From Alphaproteobacteria bacterium (GTDB lineage: Bacteria > Pseudomonadota > Alphaproteobacteria > Bin95): a stretch of 64,000 nucleotides of DNA. Below are positions 28,179 through 38,392 of this stretch, in pieces. The position numbers and the translations under genes were made by a program. Location of the stretch: NCBI GenBank assembly GCA_963665325.3, contig OZ224045.1:1440001-1504000 (forward strand), given 5' to 3'. Within the stretch, counting starts at the first letter, position 1. Every line of letters begins with the position of its first letter. Under the pieces are notes generated by a model, which saw only the letters and a list, made by a program, of their open reading frames with translations, was not told the DNA's origin and made no database searches.

Positions 28179-30638
28179 ATGGAGGCAGGCACGGGGGTCT
28201 CTCAGCCCGCCGCGATCCAGAACTGGTTCCGGGCGCGCGGCTGGCGGCCTTACGCGCATCAGTTGGCGATGTGGCGCGCGGCCGAGGCCGGACGCTCGGC
28301 CCTGCTGGTGGCGCCGACCGGCGGCGGCAAGACGCTGGCCGGCTTCCTGCCGAGCATCGCGGAACTCGCCACCGAACCGCGCCCCGGCCTGCACACGCTC
28401 TACATCTCGCCGCTTAAGGCGCTCGCCGTCGATATCCACCGCAATCTCGAAGCGCCGATTACGGAGATGGGCCTCGATATTGGCGTCGAGACGCGCACCG
28501 GCGATACGCCGCAGCGCAAGCGCGAGCGCCAGCGCCGCAAACCGCCGCAAATGCTGATGACGACGCCCGAGTCGCTGGCGCTGATGCTGTCCTGGCCCGA
28601 TTCGCCGGCGCTGTTCGGCGGGCTGCGCTGCGTCATCGTCGATGAACTGCATGCGCTCGCCGACAACAAACGCGGCGACCTCCTGTCGCTCGGCCTGGCG
28701 CGGCTCGGCGGCATGGCCCCCGGCGCCCGGCGGACGGCCCTTTCCGCCACGGTTGCTGACCGCGAATACCTTGCCGGCTGGCTGTCGCCCAGCGCCGGGC
28801 GGGAGCCGGATGTCGAGGTTGTCGTCGGCCGCGGCGGCATTGCGCCCGAAATCGCCATCGCCCGGATGCGCGGGCCGATGCCCTGGTCCGGCCATATGGC
28901 GGTCTATGCGATGGGCGAAATTTACGACGCGATCCGCCGGCACCGCACGACCATCGTGTTCGTCAACACCCGCGCCCAGGCGGAACTGATCTTCCGCGGG
29001 CTGTGGGACCTCAACGAGGACGGTCTCGCCATTGCGCTCCATCACGGCAGCCTGGCTCCGGAGCAGCGCCGCAAGGTAGAGGCCGCCATGGCGGCTGGCC
29101 GGCTGCGGGCCGTGGTCGCCACCTCCTCGCTCGATCTCGGCATCGACTGGGGCGATGTGGACCTGGTGGTGCAGGTGGGTGCGCCGAAGGGGGCCGCGCG
29201 GCTGCTCCAGAGGCTCGGGCGCTCCAACCACCGCCTCGACCGGCCGAGCAAGGCGCTGCTGGTGCCGGCCAACCGCTTCGAGGTGCTGGAATGCCATGCC
29301 GCCATCGACGCGGTCCGCGCGGGCACGCTGGACGGCGACGCGCCGGAACCGGGCGGCCTCGATGTGCTGGCCCAGCATATAGCGGGCGTCGCGGCGTCGG
29401 GGCCGTTCGAGGAGGAGGCGCTGTTCCAGGAGGTGCGCTGTGCATTCCCCTATCGCGGCCTCACCCGCAAGACCTTCTCGGAGGCCGTCGATTTCGTGGC
29501 GACGGGCGGCTATGCGCTCGGCGCCTATGAGCGCTACCGGCGGCTGAAGCGCGACGCCGCCGGCCGGCTGAGGGCCACCAACGGCGATGTCGTGCGCCGC
29601 TACCGGATGAATGTCGGTACTATCGTCGAGGCGGTGACGCTGAAGGTGAGGCTCGGCGGGCGCGTGCTCGGCGAGGTCGAGGAGTATTTCGCCAACACGC
29701 TGACGCCGGGCGACACCTTCGTATTCGCCGGCCGGATGCTGCGCTTCGAGGGCATCCGGGAAATGACCATCCGTACCTCTCCGGCCACGGGCGAGGCGCC
29801 GCGCATTCCCGCCTATGGCGGCGGACGGCTGCCGCTGACGACCCATCTGGCCGAACGGGTGCGCGGCCTGCTCGCCGACCGGCGGCGCTGGCGGGAGTTC
29901 CCGCCCGACGTGCTCGAATGGCTGCGCGCGCAGGACTGGCGCTCCGTGCTGCCGCGTCCGGGCGGCCTCCTGGTCGAGACCTTCCCGCGCGGCGGCAAGT
30001 GGTATCTCGTCGCCTATTGCTTCGAGGGGCGCAACGCCCACCAAACGCTCGGCATGCTGCTGACAAGGCGTATGGAACGCGCCGGGCTCGGCCCGCTCGG
30101 CTTCTGCGCCTCCGACTATGTGCTCGCGGTCTGGAGCCTGCGCGAGGCGGAGGAGGTGGACGAGCTGTTCTCCGAGGACATGCTGGGCGACGACCTTGAG
30201 GACTGGATGGCCGAGTCCACCCTGCTCAGGCGCACCTTCCGCAATGTGGCGGTCGTGGCGGGGCTGATCGAGCGGCGCCATCCGGGCCGGGAGAAGACCC
30301 GCCGCCAGGTTACCTTCAACGCCGACCTGATCTACGACGTGCTGCGCCGGCACGAGCCAGGCCATCTGCTGTTGCGCGCCACCCGCCGGGACGCGGCCAG
30401 GGGTCTGACCGACATCCGCCGCTTGGGCGAAATGCTGGCACGGGCCAGGGGCCGGATCGAACTGCGCCGGCTCGACCGGGTGTCGCCGCTTGCCGTGCCG
30501 GTGCTGCTCGAGATCGGCAAGGAGTTCGTCTATGGCGGTGCCATCGAGGAATTGCTGGCCGAGACGGCGGCGGACAGCGAGAGCGACCTGGTGGCCGAAG
30601 CCATGAGCGGCGCGGACATGGCGGAACTCCCGCTTTGA
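28179..30638 (+). CDS. Ligase-associated DEXH-box helicase (Lhr-core)
   Basis: APTGGGKT, YISPLKAL, TTPES, DELH, LSAT, HHGSL, SLDLGID, QRLGRSNH, NVGTIV. Confidence 0.93.
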   Translation: MEAGTGVSQPAAIQNWFRARGWRPYAHQLAMWRAAEAGRSALLVAPTGGGKTLAGFLPSIAELATEPRPGLHTLYISPLKALAVDIHRNLEAPITEMGLDIGVETRTGDTPQRKRERQRRKPPQMLMTTPESLALMLSWPDSPALFGGLRCVIVDELHALADNKRGDLLSLGLARLGGMAPGARRTALSATVADREYLAGWLSPSAGREPDVEVVVGRGGIAPEIAIARMRGPMPWSGHMAVYAMGEIYDAIRRHRTTIVFVNTRAQAELIFRGLWDLNEDGLAIALHHGSLAPEQRRKVEAAMAAGRLRAVVATSSLDLGIDWGDVDLVVQVGAPKGAARLLQRLGRSNHRLDRPSKALLVPANRFEVLECHAAIDAVRAGTLDGDAPEPGGLDVLAQHIAGVAASGPFEEEALFQEVRCAFPYRGLTRKTFSEAVDFVATGGYALGAYERYRRLKRDAAGRLRATNGDVVRRYRMNVGTIVEAVTLKVRLGGRVLGEVEEYFANTLTPGDTFVFAGRMLRFEGIREMTIRTSPATGEAPRIPAYGGGRLPLTTHLAERVRGLLADRRRWREFPPDVLEWLRAQDWRSVLPRPGGLLVETFPRGGKWYLVAYCFEGRNAHQTLGMLLTRRMERAGLGPLGFCASDYVLAVWSLREAEEVDELFSEDMLGDDLEDWMAESTLLRRTFRNVAVVAGLIERRHPGREKTRRQVTFNADLIYDVLRRHEPGHLLLRATRRDAARGLTDIRRLGEMLARARGRIELRRLDRVSPLAVPVLLEIGKEFVYGGAIEELLAETAADSESDLVAEAMSGADMAELPL

Positions 30639-31342
30639 AGGCGGCGTGCTTCCGGTTGAACGGGGCGTCGCTGGCAGCGGACCCCTCGGGCGCGCTCTGG
30701 TGGCCGGAGGCGAAGACGCTGGTCGTGGCGGACCTGCATTTCGGCAAGGGGTCGGCCTACGCGGCGGAGGGCGGCGCGCTGCTGCCGCCCTATGACAGCC
30801 ATGCAACGCTGGACCGGCTGGAAGCGCTGGCGCGGCGCTACCGCCCGGCGCGCTGGGTGTCGCTCGGCGACGGCTTCCACGACCGGGATGCCGGCGCGCG
30901 CCTCGACCGCGGCGCGGCGGAGCGTCTCGACGGGCTTGCGCGAAGCTGCGACTGGCTCTGGCTGCGGGGCAACCACGACCCCGAGCCGCCTTCGGGCTTC
31001 GGCGGGCGCGCGCTCGCCGAATGGCGCGCGGGACCGCTGGTCTTCCGCCATGAGCCGCATCCGGGTCCGGCGCCGGGGGAGGTCGCGGGCCATCTCCATC
31101 CGCGCGCGACAGTGACCACGGGCCGGCGGCAGGTTTCCGGCCGGGTGTTCGCCACGGACGGGCGGCGCCTGCTGCTGCCGGCCTTCGGCGCCTATACAGG
31201 CGGCCTCGATGTCCACGACCCGTCCGTCCGCATGCTGTTCGCCGGCCTGCCGCGCGTTTTCCTGCCGGGTCGGGAGGCCGTCCACGCCTTCCCCTGGAGC
31301 CGCCTGGCGGTTCCCGACCGGCTGAGGAACGGGGTCGGGTAA
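30635..31342 (+). CDS. pdeM: Ligase-associated metallophosphoesterase/endonuclease PdeM
   Basis: ADLHFGK, LPPYD, GDGFHD, GNHD, GHLHP, PAFGAYTGGL. Confidence 0.9.
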   Translation: MKAACFRLNGASLAADPSGALWWPEAKTLVVADLHFGKGSAYAAEGGALLPPYDSHATLDRLEALARRYRPARWVSLGDGFHDRDAGARLDRGAAERLDGLARSCDWLWLRGNHDPEPPSGFGGRALAEWRAGPLVFRHEPHPGPAPGEVAGHLHPRATVTTGRRQVSGRVFATDGRRLLLPAFGAYTGGLDVHDPSVRMLFAGLPRVFLPGREAVHAFPWSRLAVPDRLRNGVG

Positions 31343-31351
31343 GCGGCCGGC

Positions 31352-31786
31352 CTATATCGCAGCGGCCGGGTCCACGATGTCGATATGGCCGGCATAGCGG
31401 CGGAAGTCGCGAATATTGAAGGTCAGCAGGCGCCGCTCGCCATGCGCCAGCATGGTTGCGACGATATTGGCGTCATGCACCTGCTTGCCGCCTATGGGAA
31501 TCTCCTGGCAGAGCGCCGCCAGCACGTCCATGACCTGCGGCCCGTCCTCCAGTATCTCGAATGCTTCCTGCATCCATGAGAGATCGGCGAGAGCCCTCGC
31601 TACCGGCAAGGGCGCGGACCAGGCCTGCGGTCTGGTCGCCGCGGCGAGATATTCGCGCATGACCTGCCGGCTGATGCGCAGCGCCTCGCCGGCCCGCTCG
31701 GCCCGCTCCAACGCCGCTCTGGCAACAGCATGCGCCGGAGCCGCGTCGAAGCGGGCGGGAATGAAGAGATTGGTATCGACGAACAC
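31352..31786 (-). CDS. PIN-domain (VapC family) toxin
   Basis: FVDTN, ISRQVMREYL, GGKQVHDANIVATM, LTFN..DF. Confidence 0.88.
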   Translation of the reverse strand: MFVDTNLFIPARFDAAPAHAVARAALERAERAGEALRISRQVMREYLAAATRPQAWSAPLPVARALADLSWMQEAFEILEDGPQVMDVLAALCQEIPIGGKQVHDANIVATMLAHGERRLLTFNIRDFRRYAGHIDIVDPAAAI

Positions 31787-31790
31787 GGCG

Positions 31791-32384
31791 TCAGCCGTCG
31801 GACCCGGAATCGTCCTCCGGCCCGCCGGTCAACCGCCCCATATCGTCATAGATCTGCTCGCGGCTTACGGTGAAGCCTTCCGGCCAGGGGCCGCCATTCC
31901 AGGGCGGGAAATCGCGGTCGAGGTTCAAGTCGCGTTTGCGGCGCTGCGCGGCCGGCCGCGGCGGCAGGCCGATCGATGCCGGGGCCTCACGGAGGCCTTC
32001 CGTCAACCTGCCCATATCGTCGCCTCCCTCTCCGTAGCGCATGGACCCGGTTGCTAGCGGCTGCGCCTCGTCTCTCGCGAACGCCAGCGTCTCCGCCTCC
32101 AGATCGACGCGCGCCGTCCGCCATCCCGCCGCCTGCCAGGCGAGCGCATGCGAATGGCCACTGCCCTTGCGGGAATTGGCCCACCAGGGCCGGTGCAGGC
32201 GCGCCGAATCGGGCAGGCGGAAGCCCAGCACCCGCTCGAGCTCGCCGAAACCGGTCCGCCACTCGGTCATCGACCGGAGCGACAGCAGATGCCGGTAGAG
32301 CGGAGCGTATTTGCCGCGCGCCGCCGCTTCCCTCATCAGCCTTTCGCGGTCCGTCGCCACCGGCCGGCTCCCACTGCCATACAT
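31791..32384 (-). CDS. Putative antitoxin fused to an N-terminal GKYAPL...SA...WWANS domain (DUF7662-like)
   Basis: GKYAPLYRHL...LGFRLPDSARLHRPWWANS...AWQAAGW; C-terminal VSREQIYDD resembles VapB-type tails; lies directly upstream of the PIN gene. Confidence 0.6.
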   Translation of the reverse strand: MYGSGSRPVATDRERLMREAAARGKYAPLYRHLLSLRSMTEWRTGFGELERVLGFRLPDSARLHRPWWANSRKGSGHSHALAWQAAGWRTARVDLEAETLAFARDEAQPLATGSMRYGEGGDDMGRLTEGLREAPASIGLPPRPAAQRRKRDLNLDRDFPPWNGGPWPEGFTVSREQIYDDMGRLTGGPEDDSGSDG

Positions 32385-32503
32385 ACTTACTTACCTGAGT
32401 GTTGTATTACCGACCGGGTTTGTCAACACCGTTCCCACGCCCGTCATGGCAAGCCTTCCCATTTTGGTAGTCGCGTAGAAGAATGGCCGCAGGGAGGCAT
32501 GCG

Positions 32504-34207
32504 ATGCAGTACGACTACATCATCGTCGGCGGCGGGTCCGCCGGCTCGGTCATGGCGAACCGGCTTTCGGCCAGGAGCGCCAACAGGGTTCTGCTTCTGG
32601 AGGCGGGTATCGACACGCCGCACGGGGCGATTCCGCCGGATGTGCATTCGAGCTATCCCGGCACGGCCTATTTCAACCCGGACTACACTTGGAACAAGCT
32701 CCGTGTCCGGCTTCAGCCGGTCAACAAGAACCTGCCCGAAAGCGAAAAGCCCGAGCTGCGCAATTACGAGCAGGCGCGGATCATGGGCGGCGGGTCGTCG
32801 ATCAACGGGCAGATGGCGAACCGCGGCTCGCCGAACGACTATGACGACTGGGGCCGCCAGGGCGCCGAGGGCTGGAACTGGGAAGCCTGCCTGCCCTATT
32901 TCCGCAAGCTCGAGCGCGACATGGACTTCGACGGTGCGCTTCACGGCAATGAGGGCCGCATCCCGATCCGGCGCATCTACCAGCAGGAATGGACGCCCTA
33001 CGCCAAGGCGGTGGCGGCGGCGATGGCCGACCTCGGCTACCCCTATCTCACCGACCAGAACGGCGCCTTTGAGGACGGGCATTTCCCGGTCACGGTCTCC
33101 AACCTTTACGACCGGCGGGTCTCGACGGCGATCGGCTATCTCGACCCGCCGACGCGGCTGCGCGAGAATCTGGAAATCCGGTCCGAGACGCAGGTGACCG
33201 AGATCCTGTTCGACGGGTTGCGCGCGGTCGGCGTCAAGGCCGAGCGGCGGGGCAAGTCGGAGACCTTCTCGGCGAACGAGGTGGTGCTTTGCAGCGGCTC
33301 GGTGCACTCGCCCGCGCATCTGCTGCGCTCGGGCATCGGCCCGGCCGGCCATCTCGGCGACATGGGCATAGAGGTCCGCCACCACCTGCCCGGCGTCGGG
33401 CAGAACCTCATGGACCATCCCTCGGTCGCCTGCTCGACCTGGCTTCCGGACGAGGCGCGGATGACGCGCAAGGACGCCCGCCACATCCATGTCGGTGCGC
33501 GCTATTCCTCGGGCCTGCACGACGCGCCCCGGGGGGACATGTTCATCGTCCAAGTCTCGAAGTCCGGCTGGCACGCCGTCGGCGAGCGCCTCGGCTCGCT
33601 GCTGGTCTTCGTCAACAAGTCCTATTCGACGGGCGAGGTGCGCCTGGCGACGAAGGACTGGCGCGAGGAACCCGAGGTCGAGTTCAATCTGCTCTCGGAC
33701 GAGCGCGATCTCGACCGGCTCAAGGACGCCTTCCTGCGCGCATCCACCATCAACCTGCATCCCGCCGTGGCGGGCGTCGCCGGCCATACCTTCCCGTCGT
33801 CCTACAGCGAGAAGGTACGCGCCATGGGCCGCGTCACCAGGCGCAACGAGATGATCTCGAAGGCGGTGGGCGGCGTGCTGGACATGGCCGGCGGCCTCCG
33901 CGGCACGCTGATCGACAAGCTGATTACCGGCGGGCTCAGGCTGCGCGACATGCTGGAGGACGACGAGGCGCTGGAGGGCTTTGTGCGCGCCACGGCCGTC
34001 GGGGTCTGGCATGCCTCCTGCACCAACCGCATGGGAAGCGACGACGACCCGATGGCGGTCACGGACGAGCAGGGCAGGGTGCGCGGGCTCGCCGGGCTCA
34101 GGGTGGTGGACGCCTCGATCATGCCGTCCGTGCCCTGCGCCAACACCAATATCCCGACGATCATGATGGCCGAGCGCATCTCTGACGGCATGGTTTCGGG
34201 CGGCTGA
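32504..34207 (+). CDS. GMC family oxidoreductase
   Basis: GGGSAG, LLLEAG, GGGSSING, LLRSGIG, VGQNLMDH, WHASCTNRMG, VVDASIMP, NTNIPTIM. Confidence 0.93.
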   Translation: MQYDYIIVGGGSAGSVMANRLSARSANRVLLLEAGIDTPHGAIPPDVHSSYPGTAYFNPDYTWNKLRVRLQPVNKNLPESEKPELRNYEQARIMGGGSSINGQMANRGSPNDYDDWGRQGAEGWNWEACLPYFRKLERDMDFDGALHGNEGRIPIRRIYQQEWTPYAKAVAAAMADLGYPYLTDQNGAFEDGHFPVTVSNLYDRRVSTAIGYLDPPTRLRENLEIRSETQVTEILFDGLRAVGVKAERRGKSETFSANEVVLCSGSVHSPAHLLRSGIGPAGHLGDMGIEVRHHLPGVGQNLMDHPSVACSTWLPDEARMTRKDARHIHVGARYSSGLHDAPRGDMFIVQVSKSGWHAVGERLGSLLVFVNKSYSTGEVRLATKDWREEPEVEFNLLSDERDLDRLKDAFLRASTINLHPAVAGVAGHTFPSSYSEKVRAMGRVTRRNEMISKAVGGVLDMAGGLRGTLIDKLITGGLRLRDMLEDDEALEGFVRATAVGVWHASCTNRMGSDDDPMAVTDEQGRVRGLAGLRVVDASIMPSVPCANTNIPTIMMAERISDGMVSGG

Positions 34208-34362
34208 CGGGCGTCGATACATACTGTCGCATATTTCGAATCGCTGCATAATCCTAAACAGGATCAACGGCTTGCCAGGCCACTGGGTTTCTTGACAGGC
34301 GGGCGCCCGCGGCCATAGGGTCCGGACGGTTTCGGGGCGGGCTGCGCGCCGGATCGCGTTTC

Positions 34363-34710
34363 GTGGCGAAAATGGGCGAAGACGACAAGAACGGCCCCCT
34401 TCACGATTTCTCCGACAGGCTCGACGACGCACGGCGTCGCCGGGACGGTGCTGCGCCGAAGCCGGCCCCGAAAGAAGGGCTGGGCGCGGCGATGCGGATC
34501 GGGGTCGAACTGGTGGCGGCGCTGGGTGTCGGTGCGGCTGTCGGGTGGGGGCTGGACCGCTGGCTCGGCACGGCGCCCTGGTTGATGGTGGTCTTTTTCG
34601 TGCTCGGAGCGGCGGCCGGGGTGATGAACGTTTACCGGTATATGAGCGGCATGGACGCTTCGCCCGGCTGGCGCCGGGGGCGCCCGCCGCAGGACGGACA
34701 GGAAGGCTAG
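34363..34710 (+). CDS. atpI: AtpZ/AtpI family protein
   Basis: RIGVELVA..VG..VGWGLDRWLGTAPW; first gene of the F0 operon. Confidence 0.85.
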   Translation: MAKMGEDDKNGPLHDFSDRLDDARRRRDGAAPKPAPKEGLGAAMRIGVELVAALGVGAAVGWGLDRWLGTAPWLMVVFFVLGAAAGVMNVYRYMSGMDASPGWRRGRPPQDGQEG

Positions 34711-34722
34711 GGGGGGAACCCG

Positions 34723-35457
34723 GTGGCGGGAGACGCGCACGGTCCGCTGGAGCAGTTCCGGATCAAGGAGCTGGTCGATATTCCTGTGGCCGGAGTCCAG
34801 CTCGACATCACCAATTCCACTGTCTGGATGGCGGTCGCGGCTGCCGGCGTGATCGCCGTGATGGTCGGCGGCACGCGCAAGCGTGCCCTGGTACCGGGGC
34901 GGCTGCAGTCGATAGCCGAGCTCTCCTACGAGTTCATAGCCGGGATGGTGCGCGACACGATCGGGGACGAGGGCCGGAAATATTTCCCGCTCATCTTCAC
35001 CGTGTTCATGTTCATCCTGTTCGGCAATCTCGCCGGCATGATCCCCTACAGCTTCACCTTCACCAGCCACATCGCGGTCACCTTTGCGATGGCGGCGGTG
35101 GTCTTCATCGGCGTTACCGTGCTGGGCTTCGTCAAGCACGGGATGCACTTCTTCAGCTTCTTCGTGCCGCCGGGCGTCTCGGTGTTCATGTGGCCGCTGC
35201 TGATCCCGATCGAGATCATCTCATACCTCTCGCGGCCGATCAGCCTGTCGGTGCGTCTGTTCGCCAACATGCTGGCCGGCCACACCCTGCTCAAGGTCTT
35301 CGCCGGCTTCGTGCCTGCGCTCGGGGTGGCCGGCATCCTGCCGCTCGCGTTCGTTTCGGCGCTGACCGGGCTCGAGATCGTGATCGCCTTCCTGCAGGCC
35401 TATGTGTTCGCGATCCTCACCTGCCTCTACATCAACGACGCGCTTCACCTCCACTAA
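34723..35457 (+). CDS. atpB: F0F1 ATP synthase subunit a
   Basis: PLEQF, VPGRLQ, SLSVRLFANMLAGH, LQAYVFAIL. Confidence 0.97.
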   Translation: MAGDAHGPLEQFRIKELVDIPVAGVQLDITNSTVWMAVAAAGVIAVMVGGTRKRALVPGRLQSIAELSYEFIAGMVRDTIGDEGRKYFPLIFTVFMFILFGNLAGMIPYSFTFTSHIAVTFAMAAVVFIGVTVLGFVKHGMHFFSFFVPPGVSVFMWPLLIPIEIISYLSRPISLSVRLFANMLAGHTLLKVFAGFVPALGVAGILPLAFVSALTGLEIVIAFLQAYVFAILTCLYINDALHLH

Positions 35458-35493
35458 CCGGCTTTCCGCATACGCGAAGAAGGGACCAATCCC

Positions 35494-35718
35494 ATGGAAA
35501 CAGAGGCCGCCAAAGTCATCGGCGCGGGTCTTGCCGTCATCGGCGTCATCGGCGCCGGTATCGGCATCGGCAACATTTTCGCTTCCTTCATCCAGGCGGT
35601 CGGGCGCAACCCGTCGGCGCGGGGGGAAGTGTTCCCGATGACGATGCTCGGGTTCGCCCTCGTCGAGGCGATCGCGCTCTTCGCGCTCGTCGTGGCGCTC
35701 GTCATCCTGTTCGGCTAA
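35494..35718 (+). CDS. atpE: F0F1 ATP synthase subunit c
   Basis: GAGIGIG, RNP loop, FALVEAIALF. Confidence 0.97.
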   Translation: METEAAKVIGAGLAVIGVIGAGIGIGNIFASFIQAVGRNPSARGEVFPMTMLGFALVEAIALFALVVALVILFG

Positions 35719-35738
35719 GGCCGCGCTCCGCGCCCGCC

Positions 35739-36233
35739 ATGCCACAACTGGAGCAAATCTCCACCTATGCGAGCCAGATCTTCTGGCTTGTGGTGGTGTT
35801 CGCCGTCCTGCTGGGCGTGATGATCAGGGTCGCCCTCCCGCGCGTGCAGGGCATTCTGGAAGAGCGGCAGAACCGGATCGACGACGACTTCGCCCGGGCC
35901 GCAGCGCTGCGCGACGAGGCCGAGGGCGTGCTGCGCGCCTATGAGCAGGCGCAGGCGGATGCGCGGGCCGAGGCGCGCCGCCTCCTGCGCGAGCAGCAGG
36001 AAGCGGCAGCGGCCGAGGCGGCGGCGCGCCACGCGGCGCTCGGCGAACGCCTCGCCGGGGATACCGCCGCGGCCGAGGCCCGGATCGCCGAAGCGCGCCG
36101 CGAGGCGCTCGCCGGGATCGAGGCGGCGGCAGGGGAAGTCGCCCAGGCCATGACGGCAAGGCTGATCGGCGTCGAGGTGGATGCGGCGGAGGCTGCCGCG
36201 GTTGCCGCCGGGACCGGACAGGCGGGCGCGTGA
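35739..36233 (+). CDS. F0F1 ATP synthase subunit b'
   Basis: MPQL...YASQIFWL, LPRV..ILEER, Ala/Glu coiled coil. Confidence 0.9.
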   Translation: MPQLEQISTYASQIFWLVVVFAVLLGVMIRVALPRVQGILEERQNRIDDDFARAAALRDEAEGVLRAYEQAQADARAEARRLLREQQEAAAAEAAARHAALGERLAGDTAAAEARIAEARREALAGIEAAAGEVAQAMTARLIGVEVDAAEAAAVAAGTGQAGA

Positions 36234-36715
36234 TGTTCAACGACCCCACATTCTGGACCGCGGTCGGCTTCGTCATCTTCGTTGCCGCCGTCGCGCGCGT
36301 CGTCTGGCGGATGGCGACCAAGGCCCTCGACGACAGGGCAGCCGGAATCAGGGCCTCCATCGACGATGCAGTGGCGCTGCGAGAGGAAGCCCAGGCCATG
36401 CTCGCGGACTACAGGAAGAAGCAGCAGGGCGCGGAAGAGGAAGCAGAAGCAGTGCTGGCGCACGCTCGCGAGGAAGCCGCGCGCATCGCCGGGGAGGCCG
36501 AACGCGCGCTCGAGGACGCTCTCAGGCGCCGCGAGCAGCAGGCGCTCGCCAAGATCGCCCAGGCCGAACAGGAGGCGGTGGCCGAGGTTCGCGCCCATGC
36601 CGTTCGGCTATCGGCCGCGGCCGCGCGCACCCTGATCGAGCGCCATCTGGACAAGCCCCGCGCCGACGCGCTGGTCGCCGAATCCGTAGAGAGCCTGCCC
36701 CGGCACCTGCACTGA
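36230..36715 (+). CDS. atpF: F0F1 ATP synthase subunit b
   Basis: PTFWTAVGF, ALDDRA..I, LREEAQ, KIAQAE. Confidence 0.92.
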   Translation: MMFNDPTFWTAVGFVIFVAAVARVVWRMATKALDDRAAGIRASIDDAVALREEAQAMLADYRKKQQGAEEEAEAVLAHAREEAARIAGEAERALEDALRRREQQALAKIAQAEQEAVAEVRAHAVRLSAAAARTLIERHLDKPRADALVAESVESLPRHLH

Positions 36716-36894
36716 GTCATAGCCGGGAACCGCAGCCAGGTTGCCGCAATTTCGGTCGGGAACGGCGTTGCCCGCTTCGCGGCTGGCCGATTCGAAGACC
36801 GGTTATGCAACTTCCCTATGGATATTCTTGAAAACAAGCATGGGCGCTTACGGCCCTTGCCTGTAGAAGGCGCGTGTCCAAGTCAAGAAATCGA

Positions 36895-37755
36895 ATGGCA
36901 ACATCCGATATCGAGATCAAGCTCCTGCGCGCTTTCCTCAGCGTCGCCACCGAGCAGAGTTTCACGGCCGCCGCACGGTCGGTCGGATGTTCGCAAGGGG
37001 CCCTATCCACGCGGGTCCGTGCGCTTGAGAACCAGCTCGGTGTGCGGCTGTTCCACCGGGCCCGGTTGAATGTGCGGCTGACGCGGGCGGGCGAGGAGCT
37101 GTTTCCGGAAGCGCAGGCCCTGCTGGACCGCCACGACCGCCTCTTCGAGGAGGCGCGCTCGAGGACGGTTGCTGGCCCTGTCCGGGTCGGCGCGGCCGAG
37201 GGTTTCGGTGTGGCTATGCTGGCGCCGCTTCCGGAGCGCGTTCGCGAGCGCTGTCCGGCCGTCGAGCTGGAGGTCGCCTGCGACTCCGATGCTGGGCTGC
37301 ACCGGGCGGTGGAGGCGGGCGGCCTCGATCTCGCCCTTCTGGTCCAGGAGAAGGCAGAGCCGTTGGCGACGATGCTGGGCCAGCCCCGACTTCACTGGGT
37401 AGGCGCGCCGGAATTCGCGTTCGACGGGGACGGGCCTGTCGTTGTTGCCGGCTACCCGGAAGGCTGCCCGGTCCGGGCGGCGGCACTGGCGGCACTGGAG
37501 AGCCGGGGCGTCGCCCATCGCATGGCGTTGAGCACCTGGAGCGACCGGGTCCTCGACCGTGCCTTGCAGTCGGGCTGGGCGCTTGCCGCCATGCCGGAGA
37601 ACCAGGTGCCCAGGGATTTGAAGGTCCTCAACCGGCCGTCTGTCCTGCCGAAACTGGACAGGATATTCGTCCAGCTTCTGGAACGGCCCAGCCTCGACAA
37701 TGAGGCCGCGAGGCTCGTGGGCCGCGAAATCGCGGATATCTACCACGGTCGATAG
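36895..37755 (+). CDS. LysR family transcriptional regulator
   Basis: LLRAFLSVATEQSFTAAA...SQGALS..VRALE..LG..LF.R...LT.AG plus substrate-binding domain. Confidence 0.9.
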   Translation: MATSDIEIKLLRAFLSVATEQSFTAAARSVGCSQGALSTRVRALENQLGVRLFHRARLNVRLTRAGEELFPEAQALLDRHDRLFEEARSRTVAGPVRVGAAEGFGVAMLAPLPERVRERCPAVELEVACDSDAGLHRAVEAGGLDLALLVQEKAEPLATMLGQPRLHWVGAPEFAFDGDGPVVVAGYPEGCPVRAAALAALESRGVAHRMALSTWSDRVLDRALQSGWALAAMPENQVPRDLKVLNRPSVLPKLDRIFVQLLERPSLDNEAARLVGREIADIYHGR

Positions 37756-38392
37756 GCAGCAGTCGCCTGCCAGCGTGTCCGCGCCATCGGTAGAAAATTG
37801 ACTGAATAGTGACATTCTTTTTATGGAATATAAACCCACATTTCCCAAGTGACCGCTTTGCCTGATGCCTGATTGGCACGATTCTGCTATAAGAATCACT
37901 GGCTTGAGGGTGTCGGAGGGTGGCTCGGATTCGATATCCGGAGGGTGAATCGGATCATGGTCCACTCCGGCCCCTTTTCGACCGCCGCCAGCCCCGGCAT
38001 GAGCGATGGCATCCTGTTCCTTCGGGTCGCCGCCGACAGGATCGGTGCGCCCGGACCGGACCGGCGCGAAGATGGTCGTCATTCGAAGGCGACTGCACGT
38101 CAAGCGGATTCGAGTCACACTCAATGGGCTGAGAGGGTTCCCTATAGGGAATCCCGGTTAAAACCCTTTTTCTCAAAACTTCCCCACCTCAACCGGACAC
38201 TGGCGGTAATCGATAACTTATGACGCCGATCAGCGTTGAAGCGGTAAGCTGAGTGGCATCCGGGTTCGAAATAATTTTGTCATTACCTCCCATTTGGGAG
38301 GCTCAAATGAGCTTCTGGATGAGATAATGTAATTCTCCGTTGAATATTGCTGCGCCTTTCAGACAACCCCGGTTTTGGAGAATCCGACATAA

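Noticed and set aside
34545-36233. 562-aa ORF spanning the atp operon
   Set aside because: Off-frame readthrough of atpB/atpE; only the part from 35739 (subunit b') is real
34363-36715. Missing F1 genes as an anomaly
   Set aside because: Separate F0 and F1 operons are normal in Alphaproteobacteria
37873-37888. Sigma54 promoter (TTGGCACGATTCTGCT)
   Set aside because: Only 9 nt between GG and GC; the -24/-12 consensus needs 10
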